A DNA stretch of 64,000 bases from an uncultured Verrucomicrobiota bacterium (GTDB lineage Bacteria; Verrucomicrobiota; Kiritimatiellia; RFP12; UBA1067), in the NCBI GenBank assembly GCA_947305775.1, contig CAMZEN010000001.1, positions 3,852 through 67,851 on the forward strand. Direction: 5' to 3'. Positions 37,861 to 48,050 of the stretch are shown piece after piece (the first letter of the stretch is position 1; each line of letters opens with the position of its first letter). The translations under genes were made by a program, and so were the position numbers. Below the pieces are notes generated by a model that was not told where the DNA came from, searched no databases, and saw nothing but the letters and a program-made list of their open reading frames with translations.

Positions 37861-38639
37861 AGCTTACGCGACCGCTAGTCGTATTCGACATAGAATCCAC
37901 CGGAACCTCGCCCCGCAAGGACCGCATAATCGAGCTCGCCGCCATAAAGGTGATGCCCAACGGTGAAGAGATTCGGCAGTGTTGGCTTCTCAATCCGCAG
38001 ATGCCGATTCCGCCGGAGACGACGGCGATACACGGTATAACCGACGAGATCGTGAAGGACTGTCCGACGTTTGAGGACAAGGCCAAGGACATATTCGCGT
38101 TCTTCAAGGGGTGCGACCTTTCGGGCTTCAACGCCGACCGCTTCGACATTCCGTGCCTTGAGGAGGAGTTCGCCCGCGTGGGGCTGAACTTCGGGGCAAG
38201 CGCGCGCAAGCATGTGGACGTTCAGCGCATATACCACAAGATGGAGCCTCGCGACCTTACTGCCGCGGTAAGGTTCTACCTCGGCAGGCCGCATGAAGGC
38301 GCTCATGGCGCCGAGGCCGACGCCAATGCGACGCTGGAGGTTCTGAAGGCGCAGATGGAACGCTACCCAGAGCTGCCGAAGGACACGGAGACGATGGACG
38401 AGTATCTTGTGCCACACGATCCTTTGAACGCCGACCGCAACGGCATGCTGCGCTGGAAGAACGGCGAGCTTACCGTGAACTTCGGCAAGAAGAAGGGCGA
38501 GTCGCTGCGCAGGCTAATGCTGAACGAGCCCAGCTACATCAGGTGGTTGATAAAGGGCGACTTCGACTCCGAAGTCAGGATGATAGTCAAGGATCTGTTT
38601 GAAAACGGGCGTCTGCCGCCCGCCCCTAAGAAGAAATGA
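37848..38639 (+). CDS. DEDDh 3'-5' exonuclease (DNA polymerase III epsilon-like)
   Basis: VVFDIESTG, IHGIT, GFNADRFD, AHGAEADANAT; C-terminal FGKKKG extension. Confidence 0.9.
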   Translation: MLSLKLTRPLVVFDIESTGTSPRKDRIIELAAIKVMPNGEEIRQCWLLNPQMPIPPETTAIHGITDEIVKDCPTFEDKAKDIFAFFKGCDLSGFNADRFDIPCLEEEFARVGLNFGASARKHVDVQRIYHKMEPRDLTAAVRFYLGRPHEGAHGAEADANATLEVLKAQMERYPELPKDTETMDEYLVPHDPLNADRNGMLRWKNGELTVNFGKKKGESLRRLMLNEPSYIRWLIKGDFDSEVRMIVKDLFENGRLPPAPKKK

Positions 38640-39439
38640 AGACCAATGCGGAGATAAAGAGCGAATCGCTGAAGCGCACGTTCACCGGCAAGTGGTTCGG
38701 GCGCATGTTGCTCGTCATGGCGCTTGTGGGGTTCGCGAACAACCTCGCTAATGGGCTTGTGGAGTATTTTTACCGCGAATGCGAGGTTCAGACCTGGGCG
38801 GACTTCCTCGTGGCCAAGTTGCAGGCATTGCAGGCGGGCATGGACTACGCGGTTCCGTCGCGCACGATCGCATTGCAGATGAACTATGCGACCGCATTTT
38901 CGGCATTCATAGCGTTCATCTTCGGCGGCATAGCGATATTCGGCATAACGAGCGTGGTGCTTAAGGCCGCAAAGGAGGAGGATCAAAGCTGGTGCCGCGA
39001 TTCGATGGGCGGCTTTGCGCGTCCGCTGGGCGTGGCATGGATGGGTTTTGTGCTTTTTGTGAGGGTAATGTTGTGGTCGGTGCTTTTCGTCGTGCCGGGT
39101 ATCGTCGCTACGTACCGCTACAGCCAATGCTGGAACCTTAAGGTGGAGAATCCCGATTGGGGCGCAGGCAAGTGTCTGGCGGAGAGCTGCAAGCTTATGG
39201 ATGGGCACAAGATGCAGCGGTTCCTGCTGGATTTGTTTTTCTGCGCATGGGCGCTGGCGCTTGTCGCCGTGATGATAGCGGGCAGCGTGGCGTTTGGCAC
39301 GGGGGCCATCGGCAAACTGCTCGATTCGTTGCTTTTCGCGGTATGCATGGCGGGCATGCTCATATTGAGCCTTTGGATGTCCGTCGCCCGCGCAATATTC
39401 TACCGCGAGCTGAAATCAGCTGCCCGCAACGGAATCTAA
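38636..39439 (+). CDS. DUF975-like membrane protein
   Basis: LWSVLFVVPGIVATYRYSQ...ESCKLMDGHKMQRFLLDL; 4-5 TM. Confidence 0.75.
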   Translation: MKTNAEIKSESLKRTFTGKWFGRMLLVMALVGFANNLANGLVEYFYRECEVQTWADFLVAKLQALQAGMDYAVPSRTIALQMNYATAFSAFIAFIFGGIAIFGITSVVLKAAKEEDQSWCRDSMGGFARPLGVAWMGFVLFVRVMLWSVLFVVPGIVATYRYSQCWNLKVENPDWGAGKCLAESCKLMDGHKMQRFLLDLFFCAWALALVAVMIAGSVAFGTGAIGKLLDSLLFAVCMAGMLILSLWMSVARAIFYRELKSAARNGI

Positions 39440-39457
39440 CTGGAAAAGCGGCTTGAC

Positions 39458-39535
39458 TTGGGAGAGCGGACGTCTCGTCCGCGTAGATGGAAGGTTTACA
39501 TCTCCTTATGAGCGGGCGAGACGCCCGCTCTCCCA
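39458..39535. mobile_element. REPIN-like palindromic element, copy 4 (intergenic, spacer in reverse orientation)
   Basis: ttgggagagcggacgtctcgtccgc-gtagatggaaggtttacatctccttat-gagcgggcgagacgcccgctctccca. Confidence 0.8.
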
Positions 39536-39675
39536 GTTAGCGATCACCCATCTTCACTTAGTCACTGATAAAGCCTTTCCGTTCCTTTGGCGAGGCGAGC
39601 TCTTCCCTTGCGGTCTTGGCCGTGAAAATGGTACAATACCTACTTCACGATTCATCAATGAAAGGTCACGAGAAC

Positions 39676-41163
39676 ATGAACAAGATATTGGCGACGGCCG
39701 CTATGGGTGCTATGGCTTTTACCGCAGCTGCGGCCATTAACGTAATACCTCTCCCCAACAAGATCGTCGAGAAGGAAGGCGACTTCAAGTTTGAGGGCGA
39801 CATTGCCGCATGCGTCAACTATATGGTCGATCCGACGATTGCGCCGGAGGGCTACAGGCTCAGCGTGACGTCCGCAAGGGTCACCGTCGCGTCGTCCGAC
39901 GAGGCTGGCCGCTTCTACGCGATACAGACCCTCAGGCAGCTCAGGAACGGCAACCAGATACCCTGTGTCGAGATCGAGGACGCACCTCGCTTCAAGTGGC
40001 GCGGACTTCTTTTTGATGACGGACGCCACTTCTTCGGCAAGGAGGCCCTGATGAAGACCCTTGACGCGATGGCCGTCCACAAGCTGAACATCCTCCACTG
40101 GGTGCTTACGCAGGACCAGGGCTGGCGCATTGAGATCAAGAAGTATCCCGAGCTCACCAGGAAGGGGTCCGTGCGCGCAGGCAGCCCCAAGCCGGCCGTC
40201 CTCAGGACGCCGCAGGACGTCCCCGAGCCCGGCACGGGCTGGGTGAACAACCACATCCAGTACGGACCATACTTCTACACGCAGGATGACATCCGCGAGA
40301 TCGTCGCCTACGCCGCCGCGCGCCACATAACGATCATCCCCGAGATCGAGCTTCCTGGCCACTCCGTAGCGGCGCTTGCGGCATATCCCTGGCTGGGATG
40401 CACCGGCGAGCAGTTCGAGCCCTGGTGCCGCTGGGGCGTAAGCGAACACATCTACTGCGGCGGCAACGACGATACCATCAAGTTCCTTGAGGACGTCATG
40501 GACGAGGTCTGCGAGCTCTTTCCTGGTCCGTTCATCCATATCGGCGGCGATGAGGCCCCGAAGACCGTCTGGGAGACTTGCCCCAAGTGCCAGAAGCGCA
40601 TCGCCGATCTGGGGCTGAAGGGTGAAGAGGGCCTGCAGGGCTGGATGACCGACCACTTCACGAAGTACCTTGCCGCCAAGGGCAAGCGTGCGATCGGATG
40701 GGACGAGGTTCTTGATGGCGAGCCCGGCAAGGATACGATCATCATGAGCTGGCGCGGTCCGCAGGGCGGCATCAAGGCCGCGAGCCGCGGCAACGATGCG
40801 GTGATGTGCCCCATCGATCCGTGCTACATCGACAATCCTCAGGGACTGGCGGACGACCCTTACGAATACATAAACTACGGCTTCCAGGCGACGCTCGAGC
40901 GCTGCTACGGCTTCAACCCGACGGCTGGCGTGCCGGAGTCCGAGCACGGCCACATCCTCGGCGGACAGGGCAACAACTGGAGCGAGTATACCTGGACTGG
41001 CACCGAGCTTGAGTGGAAGATCTGGCCGCGCATGAGTGCGCTGGCCGAGTGCCTGTGGACGCAGCCCGAGAACAAGAACTGGGATTGCTTCAAGGCGCGC
41101 GCCGCCGTCATGCGCCGCCGCCTCATCCGCGAAATGCACGTCAACTGCGCACCGCTGCAGTGA
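39676..41163 (+). CDS. Beta-N-acetylhexosaminidase, GH20
   Basis: Signal peptide; DAPRFKWRG, DDGRHF, TQDQGWR, PEIELPGH, HIGGDEAP (catalytic DE), GGQGNNWSEY. Confidence 0.95.
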   Translation: MNKILATAAMGAMAFTAAAAINVIPLPNKIVEKEGDFKFEGDIAACVNYMVDPTIAPEGYRLSVTSARVTVASSDEAGRFYAIQTLRQLRNGNQIPCVEIEDAPRFKWRGLLFDDGRHFFGKEALMKTLDAMAVHKLNILHWVLTQDQGWRIEIKKYPELTRKGSVRAGSPKPAVLRTPQDVPEPGTGWVNNHIQYGPYFYTQDDIREIVAYAAARHITIIPEIELPGHSVAALAAYPWLGCTGEQFEPWCRWGVSEHIYCGGNDDTIKFLEDVMDEVCELFPGPFIHIGGDEAPKTVWETCPKCQKRIADLGLKGEEGLQGWMTDHFTKYLAAKGKRAIGWDEVLDGEPGKDTIIMSWRGPQGGIKAASRGNDAVMCPIDPCYIDNPQGLADDPYEYINYGFQATLERCYGFNPTAGVPESEHGHILGGQGNNWSEYTWTGTELEWKIWPRMSALAECLWTQPENKNWDCFKARAAVMRRRLIREMHVNCAPLQ

Positions 41164-42875
41164 GCGACTTTCTGCTTTCGCTGAAGGACGTCTCGCTGGC
41201 GTTTGGGGGACCTCCCGTCTTGGACGGGGTGTCCCTTTCCGTCAACAAGGGTCTACGCGCCGCCCTGACAGGGCGCAACGGCGAAGGCAAGTCGACTTTG
41301 ATGAAGGTGTTGGCGGGCGATCTCGAGCCGGACGGCGGAGAGATTGTCCGCGCACCAGGGCTGAAGACCGCTTACGTCTCGCAGGAAGTGCCGGCGGACC
41401 GTCCCGACGACCCCGCCTTCAACGCGCTTTCTGGCGGACGCCGCCGCAAGAGCATACTTGAGGCGGCGTTGCTGTCTAGGCCGGACCTTCTTCTGCTGGA
41501 CGAGCCGACGAACCATCTCGACATGGAGTCGATCGACTGGCTGGAGGGTATGCTGCGCCGTCAGCGCGAGATGGCCGTCATCATCGTCACGCACGACAGG
41601 CGCTTCCTGAAGCGCGTGGCGACGAAGATATTCGATCTAGATCGCGGAGAGCTTTCCGGCTGGGAGTGCGACTATCCCACCTTTGTGAAGCGCAAGGCCG
41701 ATCTGCTCGCAGACGAGGCCGTATACTGGGAGAGGAAGTCCAAGAAGCTCGCCCAGGAGGAGGCGTGGATTCGCCGCGGAGTAAAGGCGCGAACGACCAG
41801 GAACGAAGGGCGCGTCGCCGCGTTGATGAAGTTGAGGGAGGAGTTCGCCGCGCGCAGGACTGCGACCGGAACGGCCGCGATGAAGCTTGATTCCGCGGCA
41901 CCTGGCGGCGTGAGCGTGCTGAAGGTCAAGAACCTCTCGTTCACATATCCTGGCGCTGAGAAGCCTGTGGTGTCGAACTTCACGGCGACTGTCCTGCGCG
42001 GCGAACGCATCGGCATACTTGGCGCGAACGGGGCCGGCAAGACGACCCTCCTAAATCTGCTTACCGGCAGGCTTGCGCCGACGTCCGGGGAGGTTGTGCG
42101 CGGAACGAATGTGGAGCTTTCGTTCTTCGACCAGCTGCGCAGCGAGATGCGCCCGGAGCTGACTGTTGGCGAGAACATCGCGTCCGACCGGGACGAAGTC
42201 ATTGTGGGCGGCGTGAAAAAGCACGTCTACTCGTATCTTGCTGATTTCCTTTTCACTCCCGACCGAGTGCGGACCCCTGCGAAGGCGCTTTCGGGCGGTG
42301 AGCGTGCGCGGCTGATGCTTGCGAAGCTTTTTCTCAAGCCTGCGAACCTGCTCGTAATGGACGAGCCGACAAACGACCTTGATGTGGAGACCCTTGAGCT
42401 GCTGGAAGAGCAGTTGCTGGCTTATTCCGGCACGCTTCTGCTGGTCAGCCACGATCGCGAGTTTCTTGACAACGTGGTCACATCGACGTTCGCGCTTGAA
42501 GGGGATGGTACTGTCGGGCAGTATCCTGGCGGGTACGAAGACTACCTGCGCCAGCGCGGCGCGGCGCGCGCCGAAAAGCGCGACGAGAAGCCGTCCGCCG
42601 CCGCAGACGCGCGCCGTGCGGATTTGCCGGCCCCGCGTCAGAACCAGAAGAAGCTTTCGTACAACGAGAAGCGCGAGCTCGACGCCCTGCCTGGCAAGAT
42701 CGACGCGCTCGAGCAGGAGCTTGCGTCGCTGCGCGAGGCTCTGGCGGACGGCTCGCTGTACAGGACCGACCCCGACCGCGCCAAGGCGTCGGGCGAGAGG
42801 CTGCCCGAGGCCGAGGCAGAACTCGAGGCGGCGGTCGAACGCTGGGCCGAACTGGCGGAGCGCGGGGGCGAGTGA
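41160..42875 (+). CDS. ABC-F family protein, Uup-like, with shortened first ABC domain
   Basis: GTG at 41160 overlapping the GH20 stop; GRNGEGKST, LDEPTNHLD, GANGAGKTT, LSGGERAR, MDEPTNDLD; C-terminal KKLSYNEKRELDALPGKI. Confidence 0.9.
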   Translation: MSDFLLSLKDVSLAFGGPPVLDGVSLSVNKGLRAALTGRNGEGKSTLMKVLAGDLEPDGGEIVRAPGLKTAYVSQEVPADRPDDPAFNALSGGRRRKSILEAALLSRPDLLLLDEPTNHLDMESIDWLEGMLRRQREMAVIIVTHDRRFLKRVATKIFDLDRGELSGWECDYPTFVKRKADLLADEAVYWERKSKKLAQEEAWIRRGVKARTTRNEGRVAALMKLREEFAARRTATGTAAMKLDSAAPGGVSVLKVKNLSFTYPGAEKPVVSNFTATVLRGERIGILGANGAGKTTLLNLLTGRLAPTSGEVVRGTNVELSFFDQLRSEMRPELTVGENIASDRDEVIVGGVKKHVYSYLADFLFTPDRVRTPAKALSGGERARLMLAKLFLKPANLLVMDEPTNDLDVETLELLEEQLLAYSGTLLLVSHDREFLDNVVTSTFALEGDGTVGQYPGGYEDYLRQRGAARAEKRDEKPSAAADARRADLPAPRQNQKKLSYNEKRELDALPGKIDALEQELASLREALADGSLYRTDPDRAKASGERLPEAEAELEAAVERWAELAERGGE

Positions 42876-43627
42876 TGGACCCGAAGCTCAAGGCGCTTCT
42901 CGTTTCTCTCGCCGACGAGTACGAAACGGCGGACTTCCTGGCGGGGGATCCGTCGCAGTTCATGCACAAAGTGAAGGGAGCGAAGAACCAGGAGGCTACG
43001 GCTTTCGTCGCCTCCTGTCTCAGCTTCGGTTCCCGCAGCCAGTTTTTGCCGAAGGTGGAGTGGCTTTTGCGCTGCGCCAAGGGCGACATGGACCGCTGGA
43101 TTCGCTCCGGCGCATTCGAGAAGGATATCCCGCCCGACGGCTCGCGCTGCTTCTACAGGTTCTTCACTTATGAGACGATGAACGGGTTCCTGCGCGTATA
43201 CCAGGGGCTCATGAAGGATTACGGCACGCTTGGCGAGTATGTTCGCTCCAAATGCGGCGGCGATGCATTGAAGGCCGTACAGGCGATATGCGGCTACTTC
43301 TCGTCGCAGGGGCTCAGCGTAGTCGTTCCCAAGGACGCGAAGTCCGCCTGCAAGCGTGTCTGCATGTTCCTTCGTTGGATGGTCCGAAGCAATTCGCCTG
43401 TGGATATTGGGCTTTGGTCGGACTTCATGGACAAGTCCACGCTGGTGATGCCGCTCGACACGCATGTGGTGCAGGAGGCGCTGAGGCTGGGGCTTCTGTC
43501 AAGCAGCTGCGCTTCGATGTGCGTAGCGAAGCGGCTAACCGCCGCGCTTGCCGAGGCGTTCCCCGGCGACCCGTGCAGGGGCGACTTCGCCTTGTTCGGC
43601 TACGGAGTCTCGAAGGATGCCGAATGA
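42875..43627 (+). CDS. TIGR02757/DUF2400-like protein
   Basis: DPSQFMH, SACKRVCMFLRWMVR, DIGLW, PLDTHV, DFALFG. Confidence 0.85.
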   Translation: MDPKLKALLVSLADEYETADFLAGDPSQFMHKVKGAKNQEATAFVASCLSFGSRSQFLPKVEWLLRCAKGDMDRWIRSGAFEKDIPPDGSRCFYRFFTYETMNGFLRVYQGLMKDYGTLGEYVRSKCGGDALKAVQAICGYFSSQGLSVVVPKDAKSACKRVCMFLRWMVRSNSPVDIGLWSDFMDKSTLVMPLDTHVVQEALRLGLLSSSCASMCVAKRLTAALAEAFPGDPCRGDFALFGYGVSKDAE

Positions 43628-45963
43628 AGCTCAGCCCCAGACAGCGTGACGCCTTGAAGACCGTCGCGGAAGGTCGGTTCTATCCTGACCTCGTAAAGGA
43701 AGACGACGGCTGGCATGCGCGCTGGCGTTCCTTCGGTGAAGACTCGAACGCGTGGGTGGACGATTATGTGCGCTCTGCGGCCATGACGCCGCTCTCGGCG
43801 GATGCCGAGGACCGCAAGCACGAGACGCTGCACGACGCATGGATCATGGCCCTGAGAAGCCGCAGCGGGCTTGTTTTGTGGGATGATGCAGAGTGCGCGG
43901 CATTTGCGGAGGATCTCGCCGAATGGCACGGCGGCGGCGAGGAGGATACCGCCGTAAGGAAGTCTATCGAATTTCGCTTCGAGCCTGCGCGGAACTCATT
44001 CGTCGTAAAGTGTAGTGTTCCGAAAGGCCGCGCTGGCTTGAAGGCACTTGGACAGGCTGCATATGTGTTCGGCCCTTTAAGGGAGCTGAAGCGGCGCGAG
44101 GGCGGTCTTGCCGTTTCGCTTTCGCACGGCGACGCCGAGACGTTCGTGAAAAGCTCGGCAAGGCAGCTGGTCGAGGCAGGCTACACGGTTTTGGGCGTGG
44201 ACATCGCGGCGAGCGTGACGGCGGCGGCGGAGATGGAGTGCGCAGACGCCGGCGACGTGCAGGTCGCTTCGGCCAGGCTCCGCATCAAGGTGGCGGGAGA
44301 GGAGGTGTCGGCGGCCGAGCTGAGGTTTCTGCTGGATCAGGGATCTTCGCTCGTGTACTTCCGCGATCATTGGATAGAGGTCGACCGGGGCATACTCAAG
44401 GAGGCCCTTCGCGCACTGGAGAAGGCCGGCGGGGCCAGGCTTTCGCGCAACGAGGCGGTTTCTTTCGTGAGCGGAATCGGGCGCATCGGACGGCTTGAAA
44501 TCGAGGCGGTCGCGTCGCACGGGTGGCTTCGCGGACTGCTGAACAGCCTCCGCGCGGCAGGGCAGATGCCTCTGGCCGATTGTCCGCCGCCCGCTGGCCT
44601 GCATGGCGAGCTTAGGGACTACCAGCGAAGGGGCGCGGCGTGGATGGGCTTTCTGGTCGACAATGGCTTTGGAGCCCTTCTTGCGGACGACATGGGCCTG
44701 GGCAAGACGATTCAGACCATCGCGTGGATGGTGGGCATGAAGGGACGCGGGACGGTTCTGGTCGTTGCGCCCCTTACGCTCCTTGCAAACTGGCGGCACG
44801 AGATCGCGAAGTTTGCCCCGGACCTCAAGGTGTATGTCCACCAGGGCGAATCTCGCCATATTGAGAGCGGCTTCAAGCGGGCCGTCGCGGAGAACGATGT
44901 TGTCGTAACCAGCTACAATCTTCTCGTAAGGGACTATCGCGACATAAGCGAAGTCGAATGGCACGCGCTCGTACTAGACGAGGCGCAGGCGATAAAAAAC
45001 CCCGATACTCATGCCGCACGAGCTGTGCGGGCGCTCGGCGTTCGTCGCCGCGTTGCGCTGACCGGCACGCCGATCGAGAACTCAGCGTCAGACATATGGA
45101 GTCTTGAGGAATACCTCAATCCTGGGCTTCTGGGCGACAGGAAATCCTTTGCGGAGCGGTTCCTCAAACCTATAGGGTACGACCCGAACTGCGCGGCGGC
45201 AAAAAGGCTTCGTCATGCGCTGGAGCCTTTTGTGCTGCGCCGGCTCAAGAGCGACGAAGGAATCGCCCGCGAGCTGGGCCCGAAGCGGGAGATTCGCGAA
45301 TACTGCATACTTGCCGCCGAAGAACGGGCGGAGTACGAGGCCACACTTGCTGATTTCCGTGCAGGATTGCGCCGTCAAGGCGACATCTTCGCCCTCATAA
45401 CAAGATTGAAGCTGATATGCGACGGCGAGGGCAAGTTCGCCCGGCTTGTCGATATACTGGAAAGCGCAGTAGAGTCGGGCGAGAGTGCGCTTGTGTTTAC
45501 CCAGTTCGCAAAAGTCGGTGCGCGTTTGAAGACGGCGCTGGAGGCGCACTTCAGGCGAAAGGTCCAGTTCCTGCACGGTGGCCTTTCGGCAAGGGAGCGT
45601 GAACGGGAAGTCGCCGAGTTCAACAGAGGAAGGGGTCCTTCGATCTTCGTGCTGTCGCTTCGTGCTGGCGGGTTCGGCTTGAACCTCGTCAAGGCCGCGC
45701 ATGTCGTTCACTACGACAGATGGTGGAATCCGGCGGTGGAGAGCCAGGCGACCGACCGTGCGCACCGGATCGGCCAGACCAAGACCGTATTCGTGCATCT
45801 GTTGATCGCGGAAGGCACGTTGGAGGAGCATGTGGACGACATATTGCAGTCAAAGGGAGCTTTGGCGGATTCGCTTGTGACTGGAGGGGAATCGTTCCTT
45901 GCGCAGATGTCGGCTTCGGATCTGGACGGCGTCGTGTCGCTCGATCCCGAGTCTCAGTTGTAG
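43624..45963 (+). CDS. SNF2-family helicase/ATPase
   Basis: ATG 43624 (ATGA overlap); LRDYQRRG, LADDMGLGKTIQ, LDEAQAIKN, LTGTPIEN, HYDRWWNPAVESQATDRAHRIGQ. Confidence 0.93.
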   Translation: MKLSPRQRDALKTVAEGRFYPDLVKEDDGWHARWRSFGEDSNAWVDDYVRSAAMTPLSADAEDRKHETLHDAWIMALRSRSGLVLWDDAECAAFAEDLAEWHGGGEEDTAVRKSIEFRFEPARNSFVVKCSVPKGRAGLKALGQAAYVFGPLRELKRREGGLAVSLSHGDAETFVKSSARQLVEAGYTVLGVDIAASVTAAAEMECADAGDVQVASARLRIKVAGEEVSAAELRFLLDQGSSLVYFRDHWIEVDRGILKEALRALEKAGGARLSRNEAVSFVSGIGRIGRLEIEAVASHGWLRGLLNSLRAAGQMPLADCPPPAGLHGELRDYQRRGAAWMGFLVDNGFGALLADDMGLGKTIQTIAWMVGMKGRGTVLVVAPLTLLANWRHEIAKFAPDLKVYVHQGESRHIESGFKRAVAENDVVVTSYNLLVRDYRDISEVEWHALVLDEAQAIKNPDTHAARAVRALGVRRRVALTGTPIENSASDIWSLEEYLNPGLLGDRKSFAERFLKPIGYDPNCAAAKRLRHALEPFVLRRLKSDEGIARELGPKREIREYCILAAEERAEYEATLADFRAGLRRQGDIFALITRLKLICDGEGKFARLVDILESAVESGESALVFTQFAKVGARLKTALEAHFRRKVQFLHGGLSAREREREVAEFNRGRGPSIFVLSLRAGGFGLNLVKAAHVVHYDRWWNPAVESQATDRAHRIGQTKTVFVHLLIAEGTLEEHVDDILQSKGALADSLVTGGESFLAQMSASDLDGVVSLDPESQL

Positions 45964-46985
45964 CGCAGGCAGATAAGGTTAAACAGGTCGCCTAGGCGGA
46001 TTGGCCAGAGGCGGGATGGCAGCTCTGATTCAAGCGGGTTCTGGATGAACTCCGGCAACTCAGGCAGGAAGTCGAAGCCGGTCTTCTCCTCCAGCTCGTC
46101 TATGGATACTAGATAGCGCGCGGCATATGCGCCGTAAGGCACGCTTTGAGGTATCAGCACGGCAAACGCTCGGATGTTCATCCCCTCTTGCGCAACGACA
46201 ATCTGATAGTACTGCTGCGGCACGTCGATGTCGGTGCCGCTGACAGTCTCTCTCCCGTCTGGGGCGGATATGCAGCCCACTATGACCCATATCTCTCCAT
46301 AGCGCGACGTCCAGAAATCGGCAATCCTGTGCTCGATGTTCCTCCATACACCTCGGTTGAGGTTCGGCGTCTGGGGTGCAATGTTCGTCATAAGGAACGT
46401 AAGCTTCTGCATCGCTTCGCCGTAGCGCGTGGCTATCGCATAGTTCGGGGCCATGTGACCGCGATCGTAGCCTGAGCGCTCGTAGGCAGAAGGCGTCGGG
46501 GCCGACTGCACGGATCTGTCGCGGCTGAAGTTCGGCCGCTTTCCGGCTTCGTGACGCTTTTCCTTTTCGACGTGGTATGCGCACCATACAGGATGGCGGA
46601 GCTTTGAAGACCATCCTATCTTGAATTCGCCCCGGTCAAGAACTTCTATGTCGTTGGGGGCCGGCTGGGCGATGTGCCTTGGCGCGCCGGCGAAGAGTAT
46701 CGATCCAGAAGGGGCCTCGGTGTCATACTCGTATATCGCATCGTGGCCAGTCCATCCCATGGCGTCCGTCAGATCGCCTATCGAGCTGCCTGTAGCCAGC
46801 AAGGGGGCTGTCACAAATCGAGGATATCTTTCGCACATGCGGTTGATCCAACTGCCAGGGTGATGGACGAACCACACGGCGAGATATGTGTAGACGACGG
46901 CAAGAACAAGCAACAACGCCCCGCACTTGAGCGCGAGTCGCCTTGAACCGCTTGCTTTCCTGCCGCCTCTACGACGTCGGCTCAC
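45954..46985 (-). CDS. DNA/RNA non-specific endonuclease (NucA-like), N-terminally membrane anchored
   Basis: YDRGHMAP, TNIAPQ..LNRGVW..IE; N-terminal basic stretch + TM. Confidence 0.92.
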   Translation of the reverse strand: MSRRRRGGRKASGSRRLALKCGALLLVLAVVYTYLAVWFVHHPGSWINRMCERYPRFVTAPLLATGSSIGDLTDAMGWTGHDAIYEYDTEAPSGSILFAGAPRHIAQPAPNDIEVLDRGEFKIGWSSKLRHPVWCAYHVEKEKRHEAGKRPNFSRDRSVQSAPTPSAYERSGYDRGHMAPNYAIATRYGEAMQKLTFLMTNIAPQTPNLNRGVWRNIEHRIADFWTSRYGEIWVIVGCISAPDGRETVSGTDIDVPQQYYQIVVAQEGMNIRAFAVLIPQSVPYGAYAARYLVSIDELEEKTGFDFLPELPEFIQNPLESELPSRLWPIRLGDLFNLICLRYN

Positions 46986-47230
46986 AGGCCGAGGTCTCCG
47001 AGCTCGATGCGGATCGTGCGGCTTTTGAGAGCCTTTGTGGCAGCGTCTCCGAGGTCGCCCTCGGAGTGCCGCACGACGCCGTCTTCGTCATCGGTCTTGA
47101 GCGGGGCCGGCACTATAAGCCGTGCCCCGCACGCAGGACATTCGGTCTCTTCGCCGACCATGTCATGCGTAGCCTCAAGCTCCGTATGGCAGTTTCCGCA
47201 GAGGAAGTTTATGAATGTCTCTTCGCTCAT
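46982..47230 (-). CDS. Small zinc-ribbon protein
   Basis: CGNC...CPACGARLIVP; 4-bp overlaps with both neighbours. Confidence 0.75.
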   Translation of the reverse strand: MSEETFINFLCGNCHTELEATHDMVGEETECPACGARLIVPAPLKTDDEDGVVRHSEGDLGDAATKALKSRTIRIELGDLGL

Positions 47231-48006
47231 AGTCCGAGCTTGGTTGCGCTACGCCATGCATAGTAGTCGCGGAGCTTCAGCTTGGAAGCGGACTCTTCGT
47301 CGCAGAATATCCATGCATCGTTATGGGCCTGGAGCGCGGAAGCGGTGCAGAACTGGCTCATGCCGCCCTCGACCATTCCCTTGACCGCATCAGCCTTGTT
47401 CTTGCCGAACGCGAGCATGATGATCTTCTTCGCTTCGCAGATCGTGCCGACGCCCATCGAAAGCGCGCGCGTAGGAACTTCGGACTCCTTGCCCTTGAAG
47501 AAGAGGCGAGCGTTGTCCTTGATCGTGGAGGGCGTGAGGTACACGACACCGGTGCGGCTCGAAAGCGACGTGCCGGGCTCGTTGAAGGCGATGTGGCCGT
47601 CGGACCCGATGCCGAGCACCTGGATGTCGATGCCGCCTGCCTTCTTTATCTGCTCCTCGTACTTGGCGCACTCCTTCTCGGGATCCTTCGCCATGCCGTT
47701 CAGCACATGGGTGTTGCTGATCTTGATGTCGATCTTCTCGAACAGGTTCTTGTTCATGAAGTACCTGTAGCTCTGGTCGTGCGTGCCGGGCAGACCGACA
47801 TACTCGTCGAGGTTCCAGGACTTGACGAACTTGTACGATACCTTTTTCTCCTTGACGGCCTTGGCCATCTCGGTGTACATGGGTACCGGAGTCGAGCCTG
47901 TTGCAAGACCAAGGATGGTCTTGGGGTTCTTCTGTACGGCTGCGGTGATCATGTCAGCCGCGAGCTTCGAGGCTTCTTCTTTCGTCTTGCAGATTACGAT
48001 TTCCAT
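47227..48006 (-). CDS. nagB: Glucosamine-6-phosphate deaminase
   Basis: LGLATGSTP, NLDEYVGL, GGIDIQVLGIGSDGHIAFNEPG, ALSMGVGTI. Confidence 0.97.
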   Translation of the reverse strand: MEIVICKTKEEASKLAADMITAAVQKNPKTILGLATGSTPVPMYTEMAKAVKEKKVSYKFVKSWNLDEYVGLPGTHDQSYRYFMNKNLFEKIDIKISNTHVLNGMAKDPEKECAKYEEQIKKAGGIDIQVLGIGSDGHIAFNEPGTSLSSRTGVVYLTPSTIKDNARLFFKGKESEVPTRALSMGVGTICEAKKIIMLAFGKNKADAVKGMVEGGMSQFCTASALQAHNDAWIFCDEESASKLKLRDYYAWRSATKLGL

Positions 48007-48050
48007 GATAGTTTAGTCCTTTTAGGGTTGAATACATTATACACTAGATT

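Noticed and set aside
39453-39740. 95-aa ORF starting in REP copy 4
   Set aside because: Derived from the palindrome and overlaps the GH20 promoter and start.
39655-41139. 494-aa minus-strand ORF
   Set aside because: Antisense shadow of the GH20 gene.
43252-43623. N-terminal extension of the SNF2 ORF as given in the track
   Set aside because: Overlaps the TIGR02757 gene in another frame; the ATGA-coupled start at 43624 is more plausible. The same logic was applied to the track starts at 4976, 11867, 21232 and 41013.
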